IMG/VR virus record: IMGVR_UViG_3300044712_000367
Span: 1 to 60,315 of that record
Length of the DNA stretch: 60,315 nucleotides
From: a virus
Reading direction: 5' to 3' (one strand)
Part shown: piece by piece, positions 1 to 7,242 of the stretch
Layout of the letters: every line of letters starts with the position of its first letter
Numbering within the stretch: the stretch's first letter is position 1
Position numbers and translations under genes: made by a program
Notes under the pieces: generated by a model
The model's database searches: none
Seen by the model: only the letters and a program-made list of their open reading frames with translations
Told to the model about the DNA's origin: nothing

Positions 1-127
1 CGTCCACGCGATGGGCCAAGTGTCGAAATGTGCGGTTTTTACCTCTCTCATGTTGCCCGTGGCACCGCGCAGGTTGGCATCGCGCAGGTTGGCATCGCGC
101 AGGTTGGCACCGCGCAGGTTGGCACCG
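1..127. repeat. Exact 127-bp duplication of the window end (1..127 = 60189..60315). Circular-contig overlap or short terminal redundancy; unique unit 60188 bp
   Basis: Both ends compared base by base: cgtccacgcgatgggcc...cgcaggttggcaccg is identical at both positions. Confidence 0.95.
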
Positions 128-342
128 ATCAGGTTGGCATTGCGCAGGTTGGCATCGCGCAGGTTGGCACCGCGCAGGTTGGCATAGCTCAGGTTGGCAC
201 CGCGCAGGTTGGCATAGCTCAGGTTGGCACCGCGCAGGTTGGCACCGATCAGGTTGGCATTGCGCAGGTTGGCACGAACGCCTCCCGCCTCTCCTTTCAG
301 CCAAAGTTGATGCAGGCGCAGGGTTTCGGTCAGATCGGTCAT
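1..342 (-). CDS. Pentapeptide-repeat protein, N-terminal part (gene split by linearisation; continues 60188..59994, total 178 aa)
   Basis: Minus-strand ATG at 342..340 overlaps the upstream stop (ATGA). Translates [48 protein letters not shown]..., about 14 consecutive A-N-L-x-x pentapeptides. In frame with track ORF 59994..60239 across the overlap. Absent from the track because it runs off the window edge. Confidence 0.85.
   Translation of the reverse strand, partial: MTDLTETLRLHQLWLKGEAGGVRANLRNANLIGANLRGANLSYANLRGANLSYANLRGANLRDANLRNANLIGANLRGANLRDANLRDANLRGATGNMREVKTAHFDTWPIAWT
61..270. repeat. 14 tandem 15-bp units (GGCAyCGCGCAGGTT-like) encoding the pentapeptide repeats on the minus strand
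   Basis: Direct reading. Units differ at only 2-4 positions, with a higher-order pattern (acc-gat / att-gcg pairs recur at units 5-6 and 13-14). Confidence 0.95.
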
Positions 343-473
343 TTACGCACCTCACATTCGGTCATTTCGGTATCCCATTTGATCCAGCAGTCCATTGCTG
401 GCCTTGGCGGCAGCACACCGTCATTGCTTACTACAGCCAAGTCACGCAGCCGCTTCACCAGATCATCAGTCAT
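339..473 (-). CDS. Small hypothetical protein (44 aa)
   Basis: ATG 473..471. [44 protein letters not shown]. Both ends overlap neighbouring genes. N-terminus resembles MSAELVKKLRDL of 57061..57366. Below the ORF-track size cutoff. Confidence 0.5.
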   Translation of the reverse strand: MTDDLVKRLRDLAVVSNDGVLPPRPAMDCWIKWDTEMTECEVRK

Positions 474-582
474 AGATTACCGCCCCCGTGATGTCCTCGT
501 ACCAGAAGTACGCCTCGCGCGGGTACGCCCAAGCCCACAGAAGGAACGCTAGTAGCGTCAGTAGGAATAGGTCACGCATCAT
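466..582 (-). CDS. Small membrane protein (38 aa)
   Basis: [38 protein letters not shown]. One hydrophobic helix, high third-position GC. Overlaps the stop of 572..757 and the start of 339..473. Confidence 0.4.
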   Translation of the reverse strand: MMRDLFLLTLLAFLLWAWAYPREAYFWYEDITGAVIYD

Positions 583-757
583 CAATAATCTCCCAAGCTT
601 GGAACGGGTCACGTTCGATTTCGATCTGGCGGATCAGGAAAGCGCAGTGGCCCGCCGCCCGCCGGTATTCGCGCGTAAAGTCTGCGGTGTTGCCCGCGAT
701 CCTGTCGCAGGTGCGGGCCGCAGCTTCCCGCATGTCATCGGCTGTTCTGACGATCAT
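572..757 (-). CDS. Hypothetical protein (61 aa)
   Basis: Track ORF. ATG shares ATGA with the stop of 754..1089. Confidence 0.55.
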   Translation of the reverse strand: MIVRTADDMREAAARTCDRIAGNTADFTREYRRAAGHCAFLIRQIEIERDPFQAWEIIDDA

Positions 758-1089
758 CCCTTTGCCTTCATCACCAGTGCCACCACCCGTTCAGGGTAAC
801 GGCGGATCATCTTGTCGATATGTGAACGGTTCATGCCCAAATCGCGGGCGAGGTGCGAGATTGAGGGCCATGCGTACTTCCCGATCTTGACCGGCGTGCA
901 GTTGTTTCCGCCCTTTCTGGGCCGACCCACCGCTTCCGCATCGCCGTTCCTGTAGAGCGCCTGATAGACCGCAAAGCGGGTAACGCCTTTGGCGGCGGCC
1001 AGAACAGCGGCACAGCGATAAACCGTGCCACTGTTGGCGACCGGCTTGCACACCAGTTTTGCAGCGCAAGGACGGTCGCAGGGGATCAT
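754..1089 (-). CDS. Putative DNA-binding protein with two HTH-like segments (111 aa)
   Basis: Start trimmed to ATG 1089..1087 (ATGA overlap with the stop of 1086..1733); upstream part of the track ORF is Arg-rich out-of-frame text. HTH-like segments: AAVLAAAKGVTRFAVYQALYRNG and WPSISHLARDLGMNRSHIDKMIRR. Confidence 0.6.
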   Translation of the reverse strand: MIPCDRPCAAKLVCKPVANSGTVYRCAAVLAAAKGVTRFAVYQALYRNGDAEAVGRPRKGGNNCTPVKIGKYAWPSISHLARDLGMNRSHIDKMIRRYPERVVALVMKAKG

Positions 1090-1733
1090 TTCATGGCGAC
1101 CAGACAAACGAATTCGCCGTGCGCCCAGACGACGTTGACGTTCGAGAATTCTTTGTTCAAAGCATCGACCAATTCCCCCTGCTTCATGCGGCGCATGGCA
1201 CCGGCGAGGCTGGCAGATTTGTCGAGGATGGCCTTGTCGTCGAAATTCAGCCGCTTCCATTCCAGCAGGTTGCGCTCGACAATCTCGGACAGGCAGGGGT
1301 CGGCAAGGTGGACCTTCTCGGCGATAATGAACGCGCCGCCATCGACCAGCCCCTCGGCCACGCGCCCGATGGCCTCCACGCGATCCTTCCACGGCAGGAA
1401 CTGCAGCGTGAACAGAGACAGCGCCACGCTGGCCCCCTCGATGCAGTCATCACGCAGCCACGCCATCAGGTCGCGGGTGATGAACTGGGTCTGCGGCACA
1501 TGACCCCGCTGCCAGACGCAACGATCCACCCCCACATACTGGACGTTGGGCCGCTTCACCGTGTCGGTCAGGAACTTGCCGGTCGAGCATCCCAGATCGG
1601 CCACGAAGGTGCCTTCCTGCGCGAGGGCGAAGGTCAGCCCGTGGCACAGGTCGTACATGTCATCGACGGCGGGGATCGATCGGCGGATGTGGCCGTCGAA
1701 ATCGTGGACCTTGAAGTCAAACAAGCTTTTCAT
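1086..1733 (-). CDS. CmoA-family (carboxy-SAM synthase-like) class I SAM-dependent methyltransferase-fold protein
   Basis: 215 aa. FDFKVHDFDGHIRRSIPAV, ADLGCSTGKF, VALSLFTLQFLP, GGAFIIAEK, LEWKRLNFDDKAILDKSASL and C-terminal EFVCLVAMK align by eye along the full length of E. coli CmoA (sequence recalled from memory). Confidence 0.65.
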   Translation of the reverse strand: MKSLFDFKVHDFDGHIRRSIPAVDDMYDLCHGLTFALAQEGTFVADLGCSTGKFLTDTVKRPNVQYVGVDRCVWQRGHVPQTQFITRDLMAWLRDDCIEGASVALSLFTLQFLPWKDRVEAIGRVAEGLVDGGAFIIAEKVHLADPCLSEIVERNLLEWKRLNFDDKAILDKSASLAGAMRRMKQGELVDALNKEFSNVNVVWAHGEFVCLVAMK

Positions 1734-2607
1734 GGATCAGGCTCCCGATGTGCTGGACGACTGGCACGGTCATCCCGTTGAGGCGAAATTGCTGGGCGGT
1801 GGTCAGGCCCACCCCGTCGAGCCAGTCGTCGGGAAAACCCTGCAGGCGCATGCGCTCCGGCGGCATGACACGCCGCACGGTGTTGTCAGGATGCACGACC
1901 AGATCGGTGTAGGATTTGTAGTCGCGCTTGGCCAAGGTGCCGCTCACGGCGCTCGACGCAAAATGGTCAGAGCGTTTACGAGCAAAATAGGCAGGGAGTT
2001 TCCGCTCTCCCTCGACCGCCTCAAGATAGCTTCGACGGCGTTGCTCGAAATCCTTGACCCAGAAGGAGGCGTAGGGTCCAGAACGTCCTGCACAGTCGAA
2101 TAGATCGGTCTCGCGGGGAATTCCGTCGCGGACGGCCACGATGTAAACTCGGCGTCGGGATTGGGGGACGCCGAAGTACTGGCTGTCGAAGAGCGTGTAA
2201 GCCGCATCGTACCCGATACAGGCCAAGTCTCCGAGGACGCGATGCAGTCCACGGGACCGAAGAGCGAATACGTTTTCCACGATTGCGAAGCGCGGTCGTA
2301 CTGCATCAATAGCGTCTCGATACGCCGCCCAAAGTCCTGACTTTTCCCCATCAATTCCCCCTTCGCCCTTACCGGCAATGCTGATGTCTTGGCAGGGGAA
2401 GCCGCCGGTCAGAACGTCAGCCTCCACCTTGCGGATCGCGTCCAGATCGCGAACATCCTCGATGATCGGCAGATCGGGCCAGTGCTTGGCCAGAACCTTG
2501 CGGCTGGCTCGGTCGTTTTCGCAGAACGCCACCGTGCGGTAGTGTCCGGTCCGCTCGAGGCCGAGGGAGAACCCCCCGATGCCGCTGAACAGGTCGAGAA
2601 CCTTCAT
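1717..2607 (-). CDS. DNA (cytosine-5)-methyltransferase with short TRD and atypical motif X
   Basis: Start trimmed to MKVLDLFSGIGG (ATG 2607..2605, ATGA overlap with the upstream stop). Motif I DLFSGIGG, motif II CENDRAS, motif IV GGFPCQDIS, motif VI VENV, motif VIII QSRRRVYIV, motif IX RMRLQGFPDDW. Motif X reads QFRLNGMTVPV instead of the usual G-N-[AS]-V. Confidence 0.9.
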   Translation of the reverse strand: MKVLDLFSGIGGFSLGLERTGHYRTVAFCENDRASRKVLAKHWPDLPIIEDVRDLDAIRKVEADVLTGGFPCQDISIAGKGEGGIDGEKSGLWAAYRDAIDAVRPRFAIVENVFALRSRGLHRVLGDLACIGYDAAYTLFDSQYFGVPQSRRRVYIVAVRDGIPRETDLFDCAGRSGPYASFWVKDFEQRRRSYLEAVEGERKLPAYFARKRSDHFASSAVSGTLAKRDYKSYTDLVVHPDNTVRRVMPPERMRLQGFPDDWLDGVGLTTAQQFRLNGMTVPVVQHIGSLIHEKLV

Positions 2608-2822
2608 TTGATCCACGCGGGGCGCTTCATCGGGCGCACCTGCTGCGTCGGGATGCCCGTGTCCTGACACTGCAGCATCAGGTCGGGCATCTCCGAGATC
2701 AGCAGGTCGTACGTCAGGTCCATCGCCTCCGCGCAGGCGTCCTGCGACGGCATTGCGACGTACGACACCGTCCCCTGCAAGGGTGACCCGTACGTGATGA
2801 TAAGGATCGTCCAGAATGCCAT
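2604..2822 (-). CDS. Small hypothetical protein (72 aa; possibly the 3' part of a frameshifted 109-aa gene)
   Basis: MAFWTILIITYGSPLQGTVSYVAMPSQDACAEAMDLTYDLL... Very high third-position GC in this frame, whereas the overlapping frame of track ORF 1717..3012 has low GC3 here. Confidence 0.65.
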   Translation of the reverse strand: MAFWTILIITYGSPLQGTVSYVAMPSQDACAEAMDLTYDLLISEMPDLMLQCQDTGIPTQQVRPMKRPAWIK

Positions 2823-2931
2823 CTTTTTCCTCCCATGGCGGCATAGACACCGAGACCGGAACCTTCGGCAGGTGCCCATCGGCACTGCTGGTGTAGGACC
2901 GGTTTGGCACAATGATCGTCTTCTTCTTCAT
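2820..2931 (-). CDS. 5' ORF segment MKKKTIIVPNRSYTSSADGHLPKVPVSVSMPPWEEK with no in-frame stop; apparent +1 shift into 2604..2822 at an A5 run
   Basis: ATG 2931..2929 overlaps the stop of 2931..3770 (TGATG). About 75% GC3 over 36 codons, then coding signal moves to the +1 frame at the T5/A5 run 2824..2828. Confidence 0.4.
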
Positions 2932-3770
2932 CAGAACCCCCAGCGTTCGGCGCAGATCGGGCCGATGCCAGCCTCGATGCTGGCGTGATTGGTCAATTCG
3001 CGACCGCAGCAAGCGCAGGTGCCCGTACGGCGGCCATAAGCCACGGCGGCGGCAGCCGGATCGGCGGCGATGGTCTGCAGGCGCTCCAGTGTGTCGGCGC
3101 GGGCCTCACGCACCGCCTTGAAGGTGACGCCGTCGATCTTGCCCTGATAGGCGTCATCCTCGATCTCGACGACGTATAGGCAGCCCGCATTGCGGCCAGA
3201 CACCGAGGCGAGGCTGATTTTGAGGCCCTCGGCGCGGTAGCAGGGCTTCTTGTAGCCGGAGGCGACGGCGGCGTCGAACATCTCGCGGATGCGGTCGAGG
3301 TTGACGGTGCCGCCCTTGGCGGCGGCCTCGGCGGCCTTGGCGGCGCGAGCTGCCTGCAGCTTTTCCCAGCCACGGTTCCACGCGGCGATCTGGTTGGCCG
3401 ACAGGTACCCACGGCGGGACAGCTGATCGTGCAGCGATGCGGTGAATTCGGTGCGGCGGGCGCACAGGTCGACCCACATTTCTGGATGCTCTTCCGAGAA
3501 CTCCTTGACCGCACGGCGCACCTGCTCCGCCTCATCCTCACGCTTGGCCAACGCGGCGGCGCGGCGCTTGGCGCGGAATTCCGGCGAGGTGGTGAAGAAG
3601 CCGCGCCCGCCGCAGGCGAGGCAGTAGCTGTTGCCGTGCCGGTTGGTGCCGCCCGACCACTTGCCCGTGCCGCCACACTGGCCGCAGGGGAACTGCTCTC
3701 CGACCTTGGCGTTGCGGACCTGCAGAGGCTCGTTGGCGAGGCTGTCGATGAAGGCGTCAAAGTCGGACAT
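2931..3770 (-). CDS. Zinc-finger protein with two DnaJ-type CxxCxGxG motifs and a DUF6011-like C-terminus
   Basis: Start trimmed to MSDFDAF (ATG 3770, GGAG 8 nt upstream). CGQCGGTG and CLACGGRG. C-terminal CACCGRELTNHASIEAGIGPICAERW. Confidence 0.7.
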   Translation of the reverse strand: MSDFDAFIDSLANEPLQVRNAKVGEQFPCGQCGGTGKWSGGTNRHGNSYCLACGGRGFFTTSPEFRAKRRAAALAKREDEAEQVRRAVKEFSEEHPEMWVDLCARRTEFTASLHDQLSRRGYLSANQIAAWNRGWEKLQAARAAKAAEAAAKGGTVNLDRIREMFDAAVASGYKKPCYRAEGLKISLASVSGRNAGCLYVVEIEDDAYQGKIDGVTFKAVREARADTLERLQTIAADPAAAAVAYGRRTGTCACCGRELTNHASIEAGIGPICAERWGF

Positions 3771-3801
3771 TTGGAAAACTCCAAGAAACATGATGTGTGT
3801 A

Positions 3802-3830
3802 TACCTACACTGACTTTGTGGGTCGGTCAA
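3802..3830 (-). promoter_or_regulatory. Candidate sigma70-like promoter TTGACC-N17-TAGGTA upstream of 2931..3770
   Basis: Minus-strand -35 at 3830..3825 (overlaps the primase stop), -10 at 3807..3802. 10-bp palindrome ATCGTACGAT lies at 3850..3859, 20 nt upstream. Confidence 0.3.
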
Positions 3831-6136
3831 TCCCCCCCGACAAATTTGTATCGTACGATTGTCTTACGGTTGAACCGGTGGATGCTCTCCTCCGTGACGG
3901 CCTCGCCGCGCTCGACCATTTTGGCCAGACACGCCTCGATGTCTTCCTTCTTGAATTTCCGCAGCCGGTTCACGATCACCCCCAAAGTCTCCCCCTCGTC
4001 GCCCGAGATTACCAGCGAGAGGCGCATCTTGAGTGCGAGGGTAGGCGCGTCGGTTTCGCGGTCGTTGGCGGTCACGAGGCGCATCTTGATGTCGAGGTCG
4101 TGTTTGACCAGCGCGAAGGCCCACCGGACATGCTCCACGGTGCGGACGCCGCCCGCGACGGCGAGGATCAGGCTGATCTTGCTGACCTGCTCGTATCCCC
4201 GCATCATCAGTGCCTCCAGACCGCTGCGCTCTTTATGCTCCTGCGCCATCCGGTCAAAGTACTGGATGATGCTGTCGAGGAGATCGCGCGCCACGCTCTC
4301 GGTGGGGATCACGATCCGGTCGCCGTAATACTCGACGCGGGCATTGAGGGGCTTGGTCATGTCGAAAGAGCCGCCCATGGCAATCTGCTGCAGCGACAGA
4401 CTGAGGTCTTCCGGCAATTTGGGCCGGATGTGGCGGGGCCGCGTGGGAGGCGCGGTGTCTGGCTCGATGCAGAGAATTGAGCGGCCAATAAAGCCGTTGG
4501 CCGCCGCCTCGTAGTCGACCAGCTCGTCGAAATTCTTGCCGGTCGTAAAGCCGATCAGGGACAAAAGGGGCCGGTCGAGGCCTTGGTCGATGGTCTGCAG
4601 CATGTGAACGATGGCGTTTTGCCGGTCTATCAAGTACGTCTTCTGGCCAACCTCGTCGATCTGCTTCTCGACCTTTGCCAGATCGCGCTGCAGCTCACGC
4701 CGGATGTCTTCGCGCATGTCGCCGGAGATCGGCAGGCGGCCATCCGCCTTGGAGTAGGCCGACATCAGGAGGCCCACGATGCCCTCCATGTACACCGCGC
4801 CGCCGCGCTTCTGGGCCGACTTGATCTTCTGCAGCAGGAACCCGATTTCGTCGACGAGGTAGAACGCGGCCTGATTTCGGGTCAGGTTTCGGGTGATCTC
4901 TTGCTCCGACTTGATGGTGCCGTGGGTGGCGGAGGCGAGGCCGCAGGCCACCATGACTTCAAGGATCGCCTGAACGATAGCCTCCTTGCCTGATCCGGAC
5001 CCCGCCACGTTGAACACGAAGAGGTTGGTGGTGGCGCGGTCAAGGTCGTCGGTATAGCGCAGGCCTGCGATATTCCCCATCGCGTACACCGCCGCCATGG
5101 ACGAGAGGCGCTCACGCGGGCGGCGTCCCCGCTGGTTGATCCACTCCGCCAGCTTTCCGGTCAGGCCTGGCGGGCGCAGCAGGTCGACGCCACGCGTGTC
5201 CAGCAGGTCGACTGTCTTCTCCTCGATCACCGGAAACTCAAACTCGACATCGGGGCGGAAAGTCACCGGCTGTTTCCAGCCGCCCTGCTCGGCGTAGTGG
5301 ACGAGGGTGCCCAGCGTGACGGGGTTGGCCGACTTGCCGAAGCTGTGCCACTTGCTCGGCATAACCTTCGGGTCGTGCTTGGACGACTGGGCCGACCAGC
5401 TCTCCCAGAGGTCGTAGGCGGTGCCGCCGGAGGCGTGGTGCAGCGCCATGCCGACGCGGACCCACTCCTCGTAGTCGCTGTCGCTGTTCGGCACAAAGCG
5501 CAGCATCTCGGCCAGATCGTCTTGGCTGACATCCACCGTCTGGCCACCCAGCTCGGCGCGGTGGCGCTCCGGCTTCTGGATCAGCGCGATCAGGTCGGCG
5601 GGGGCCTCGTCGATGTCCTCGGCGCTTCCGTAGGCGACCTCGTACCGGTTCCCGCTGGCGTGCAGGCTGCCCGCGCCGACGATGTAGGCGGCCCCGCTCT
5701 TGAAGTCGATGCCCTTGAAGTCGGGGTGCTTGGTCAGCAGCGCCAGCCCCTTCCTGACCTTGAACAGCAGGTGCTTCGATCCGCCGCCCGATCCGGTGTT
5801 CACGATCAGGCCCGCGCCCGACACCGACGGCACCCTCTCCAGCAAACGGTCGTAGTCTGGCAGGCCGCCGTTGCGGGCATCCACATCAACCACCAGCAAG
5901 TCCCAGTCGTCGTCGATGCGGCACAGGGTGCCAAAGCCAGTGGCAAACTGGCCCATCATCTCCATCACCTCCAACTGCTCCTCGGACCAGTGCGGGGTGT
6001 GCTGCCAGTTCGAGACGAGGGGATGCTTGCCCACGGCCTTGCAGGTAGGGTCGCCGCAGGCGCACTTATTGTCGGCGGTGATGGCGTGAAGACCGAAGAC
6101 GCGAAGTCCGGCCTCCCAGAAGGAGCGGTGAGACAT
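3827..6136 (-). CDS. Replicative primase-helicase fusion (Prim-Pol N-domain, PriCT-like region, DUF3987/D5-type NTPase)
   Basis: 769 aa. KAVGKHPLVSNWQH and VVDVDARNGG (Prim-Pol-like). YEEWVRVGMALHHASGG..WESWS (PriCT-like). FNVAGSGSGKE Walker A. Confidence 0.85.
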   Translation of the reverse strand: MSHRSFWEAGLRVFGLHAITADNKCACGDPTCKAVGKHPLVSNWQHTPHWSEEQLEVMEMMGQFATGFGTLCRIDDDWDLLVVDVDARNGGLPDYDRLLERVPSVSGAGLIVNTGSGGGSKHLLFKVRKGLALLTKHPDFKGIDFKSGAAYIVGAGSLHASGNRYEVAYGSAEDIDEAPADLIALIQKPERHRAELGGQTVDVSQDDLAEMLRFVPNSDSDYEEWVRVGMALHHASGGTAYDLWESWSAQSSKHDPKVMPSKWHSFGKSANPVTLGTLVHYAEQGGWKQPVTFRPDVEFEFPVIEEKTVDLLDTRGVDLLRPPGLTGKLAEWINQRGRRPRERLSSMAAVYAMGNIAGLRYTDDLDRATTNLFVFNVAGSGSGKEAIVQAILEVMVACGLASATHGTIKSEQEITRNLTRNQAAFYLVDEIGFLLQKIKSAQKRGGAVYMEGIVGLLMSAYSKADGRLPISGDMREDIRRELQRDLAKVEKQIDEVGQKTYLIDRQNAIVHMLQTIDQGLDRPLLSLIGFTTGKNFDELVDYEAAANGFIGRSILCIEPDTAPPTRPRHIRPKLPEDLSLSLQQIAMGGSFDMTKPLNARVEYYGDRIVIPTESVARDLLDSIIQYFDRMAQEHKERSGLEALMMRGYEQVSKISLILAVAGGVRTVEHVRWAFALVKHDLDIKMRLVTANDRETDAPTLALKMRLSLVISGDEGETLGVIVNRLRKFKKEDIEACLAKMVERGEAVTEESIHRFNRKTIVRYKFVGGD

Positions 6137-6153
6137 GGTTTGCCTTGGGGTGA

Positions 6154-6369
6154 TCAGGTGAACAGATACTTGGCCAGCTTCTCGATGGTCGCAATCGTGG
6201 GCGTCCCACCCTTCTGGTTGACGATATTCCGCACGGTGTTTTCGTGCAGGCCGGTGGCGGCGGCGACCTTGGACAGGGTGCGGTCATTCAGGGCGGCGCG
6301 GATGCGCTTGAGCTGCGTTTCGATGGCCGACTTTATGACATCATCCGGCTTGGCGGTTCGTTTCGACAT
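6154..6369 (-). CDS. XRE/Cro-like HTH transcriptional regulator (71 aa)
   Basis: LNDRTLSKVAAATGLHENTVRNIVNQKGGTPTIATIEKLAKYL. First gene of the leftward block next to the divergent intergenic region. Confidence 0.75.
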   Translation of the reverse strand: MSKRTAKPDDVIKSAIETQLKRIRAALNDRTLSKVAAATGLHENTVRNIVNQKGGTPTIATIEKLAKYLFT

Positions 6370-6400
6370 TCTGTTTGTCTCCTATGCAACAAATTGCGTG

Positions 6401-6433
6401 TTGACATTTGCACAGGGTCAGCCGTAACGTCAA
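6401..6433. promoter_or_regulatory. Divergent, mutually overlapping promoter candidates (TTGACA 6401..6406 rightward; TTGACG 6433..6428 leftward)
   Basis: GTTGAC-N23-GTCAAC inverted arrangement in the 90-bp gap between divergent genes 6369 and 6460. The -10 candidates (GTAACG, CAAATG) are weak. Confidence 0.3.
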
Positions 6434-6459
6434 CCCGCTGAGTAGAGAGAGGAGAGAGA

Positions 6460-7242
6460 ATGAGCATTCTCGAACAGATCAGTAAGCCGAAAAACCGGCC
6501 CGTTGTCGCCACTATCTTGGGTGACGCGGGCCTTGGCAAGACGAGCCTTGCCGCCACCTTCCCGAAACCGATCTTCATCCGCGCCGAAGATGGACTGTCG
6601 TCCATTCCCGAAGCGCAGCGGCCTGACGCCTTCCCGCGTCCGCACTCGGTCGCGGACCTGTGGGACCAGCTGGCTGGCCTCATCAAGGAAGATCACGGCT
6701 ATTCGACGGTCGTTATCGACAGCGTCACGGCGCTCGAGGTGATGTTCGTCGACCATGTCATCGACAGCGACCCGAAGAACCCCAAGGGCATTCAACAAGC
6801 CCACGGCGGTTATGGCGCGGGCCGCGACATGGTGTCCTCCATGCATCGCCGCGTCCGCAAGGCCGCCGAGATGCTGGTGGAGCGGGGGATCAATGTGGTG
6901 TTCGTCGCCCACGCCGACACTGTCCGGATCGAGCCGCCGGATGCTGACCCGTACACGAAGTTCTCCATGCGCCTGCACGAGAAGTCGATGCAGCCGTACG
7001 TGGACAACGTCGATCTGGTCGGCTTCCTCCGGCTGGAGACGTTCGTGACCGGCGACGGCGAACGGAAGAAGGCGATCTCGGACGGCACCAGACAGCTTGT
7101 CTGTCACGCCGTGGCTTCCAACGTGTCGAAGAACCGGTTTGGCATCACGGAACCCATCGAGGTCAAAGTGGGCGAAAACCCCCTCGCGGCCTTCATTCCG
7201 CAGCTGAAACCGAAACCCACCCCCAAAGCGAAAGGTGAATGA
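6460..7242 (+). CDS. Sak4-like RecA-fold AAA ATPase (recombination / ssDNA annealing)
   Basis: 260 aa. Walker A GDAGLGKTS, Walker B-like VVIDSV. Followed by an SSB gene, the usual Sak4 arrangement. SD AGGAGAG upstream. Confidence 0.75.
   Translation: MSILEQISKPKNRPVVATILGDAGLGKTSLAATFPKPIFIRAEDGLSSIPEAQRPDAFPRPHSVADLWDQLAGLIKEDHGYSTVVIDSVTALEVMFVDHVIDSDPKNPKGIQQAHGGYGAGRDMVSSMHRRVRKAAEMLVERGINVVFVAHADTVRIEPPDADPYTKFSMRLHEKSMQPYVDNVDLVGFLRLETFVTGDGERKKAISDGTRQLVCHAVASNVSKNRFGITEPIEVKVGENPLAAFIPQLKPKPTPKAKGE

Noticed and set aside
61-270. The 15-bp tandem repeats as a CRISPR array or non-coding satellite
   Set aside because: The units are contiguous with no spacers, are only 15 bp long and are in frame with a protein whose repeat period (5 aa) matches exactly.
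28-552. Plus-strand ORFs 28..552 and 30..491 with striking AQVGI / AGWHR repeats
   Set aside because: They are antisense and shifted-frame shadows of the minus-strand pentapeptide gene. The minus-strand reading gives canonical A-N-L-R-x repeats and is coupled to its neighbours by ATGA overlaps.
2608-3012. 135-aa N-terminal extension of the methyltransferase in track ORF 1717..3012
   Set aside because: GC3 is low over most of the extension. A different frame (2604..2822) carries the coding signal, and the canonical motif I follows directly after the internal ATG at 2607, which overlaps the upstream stop.
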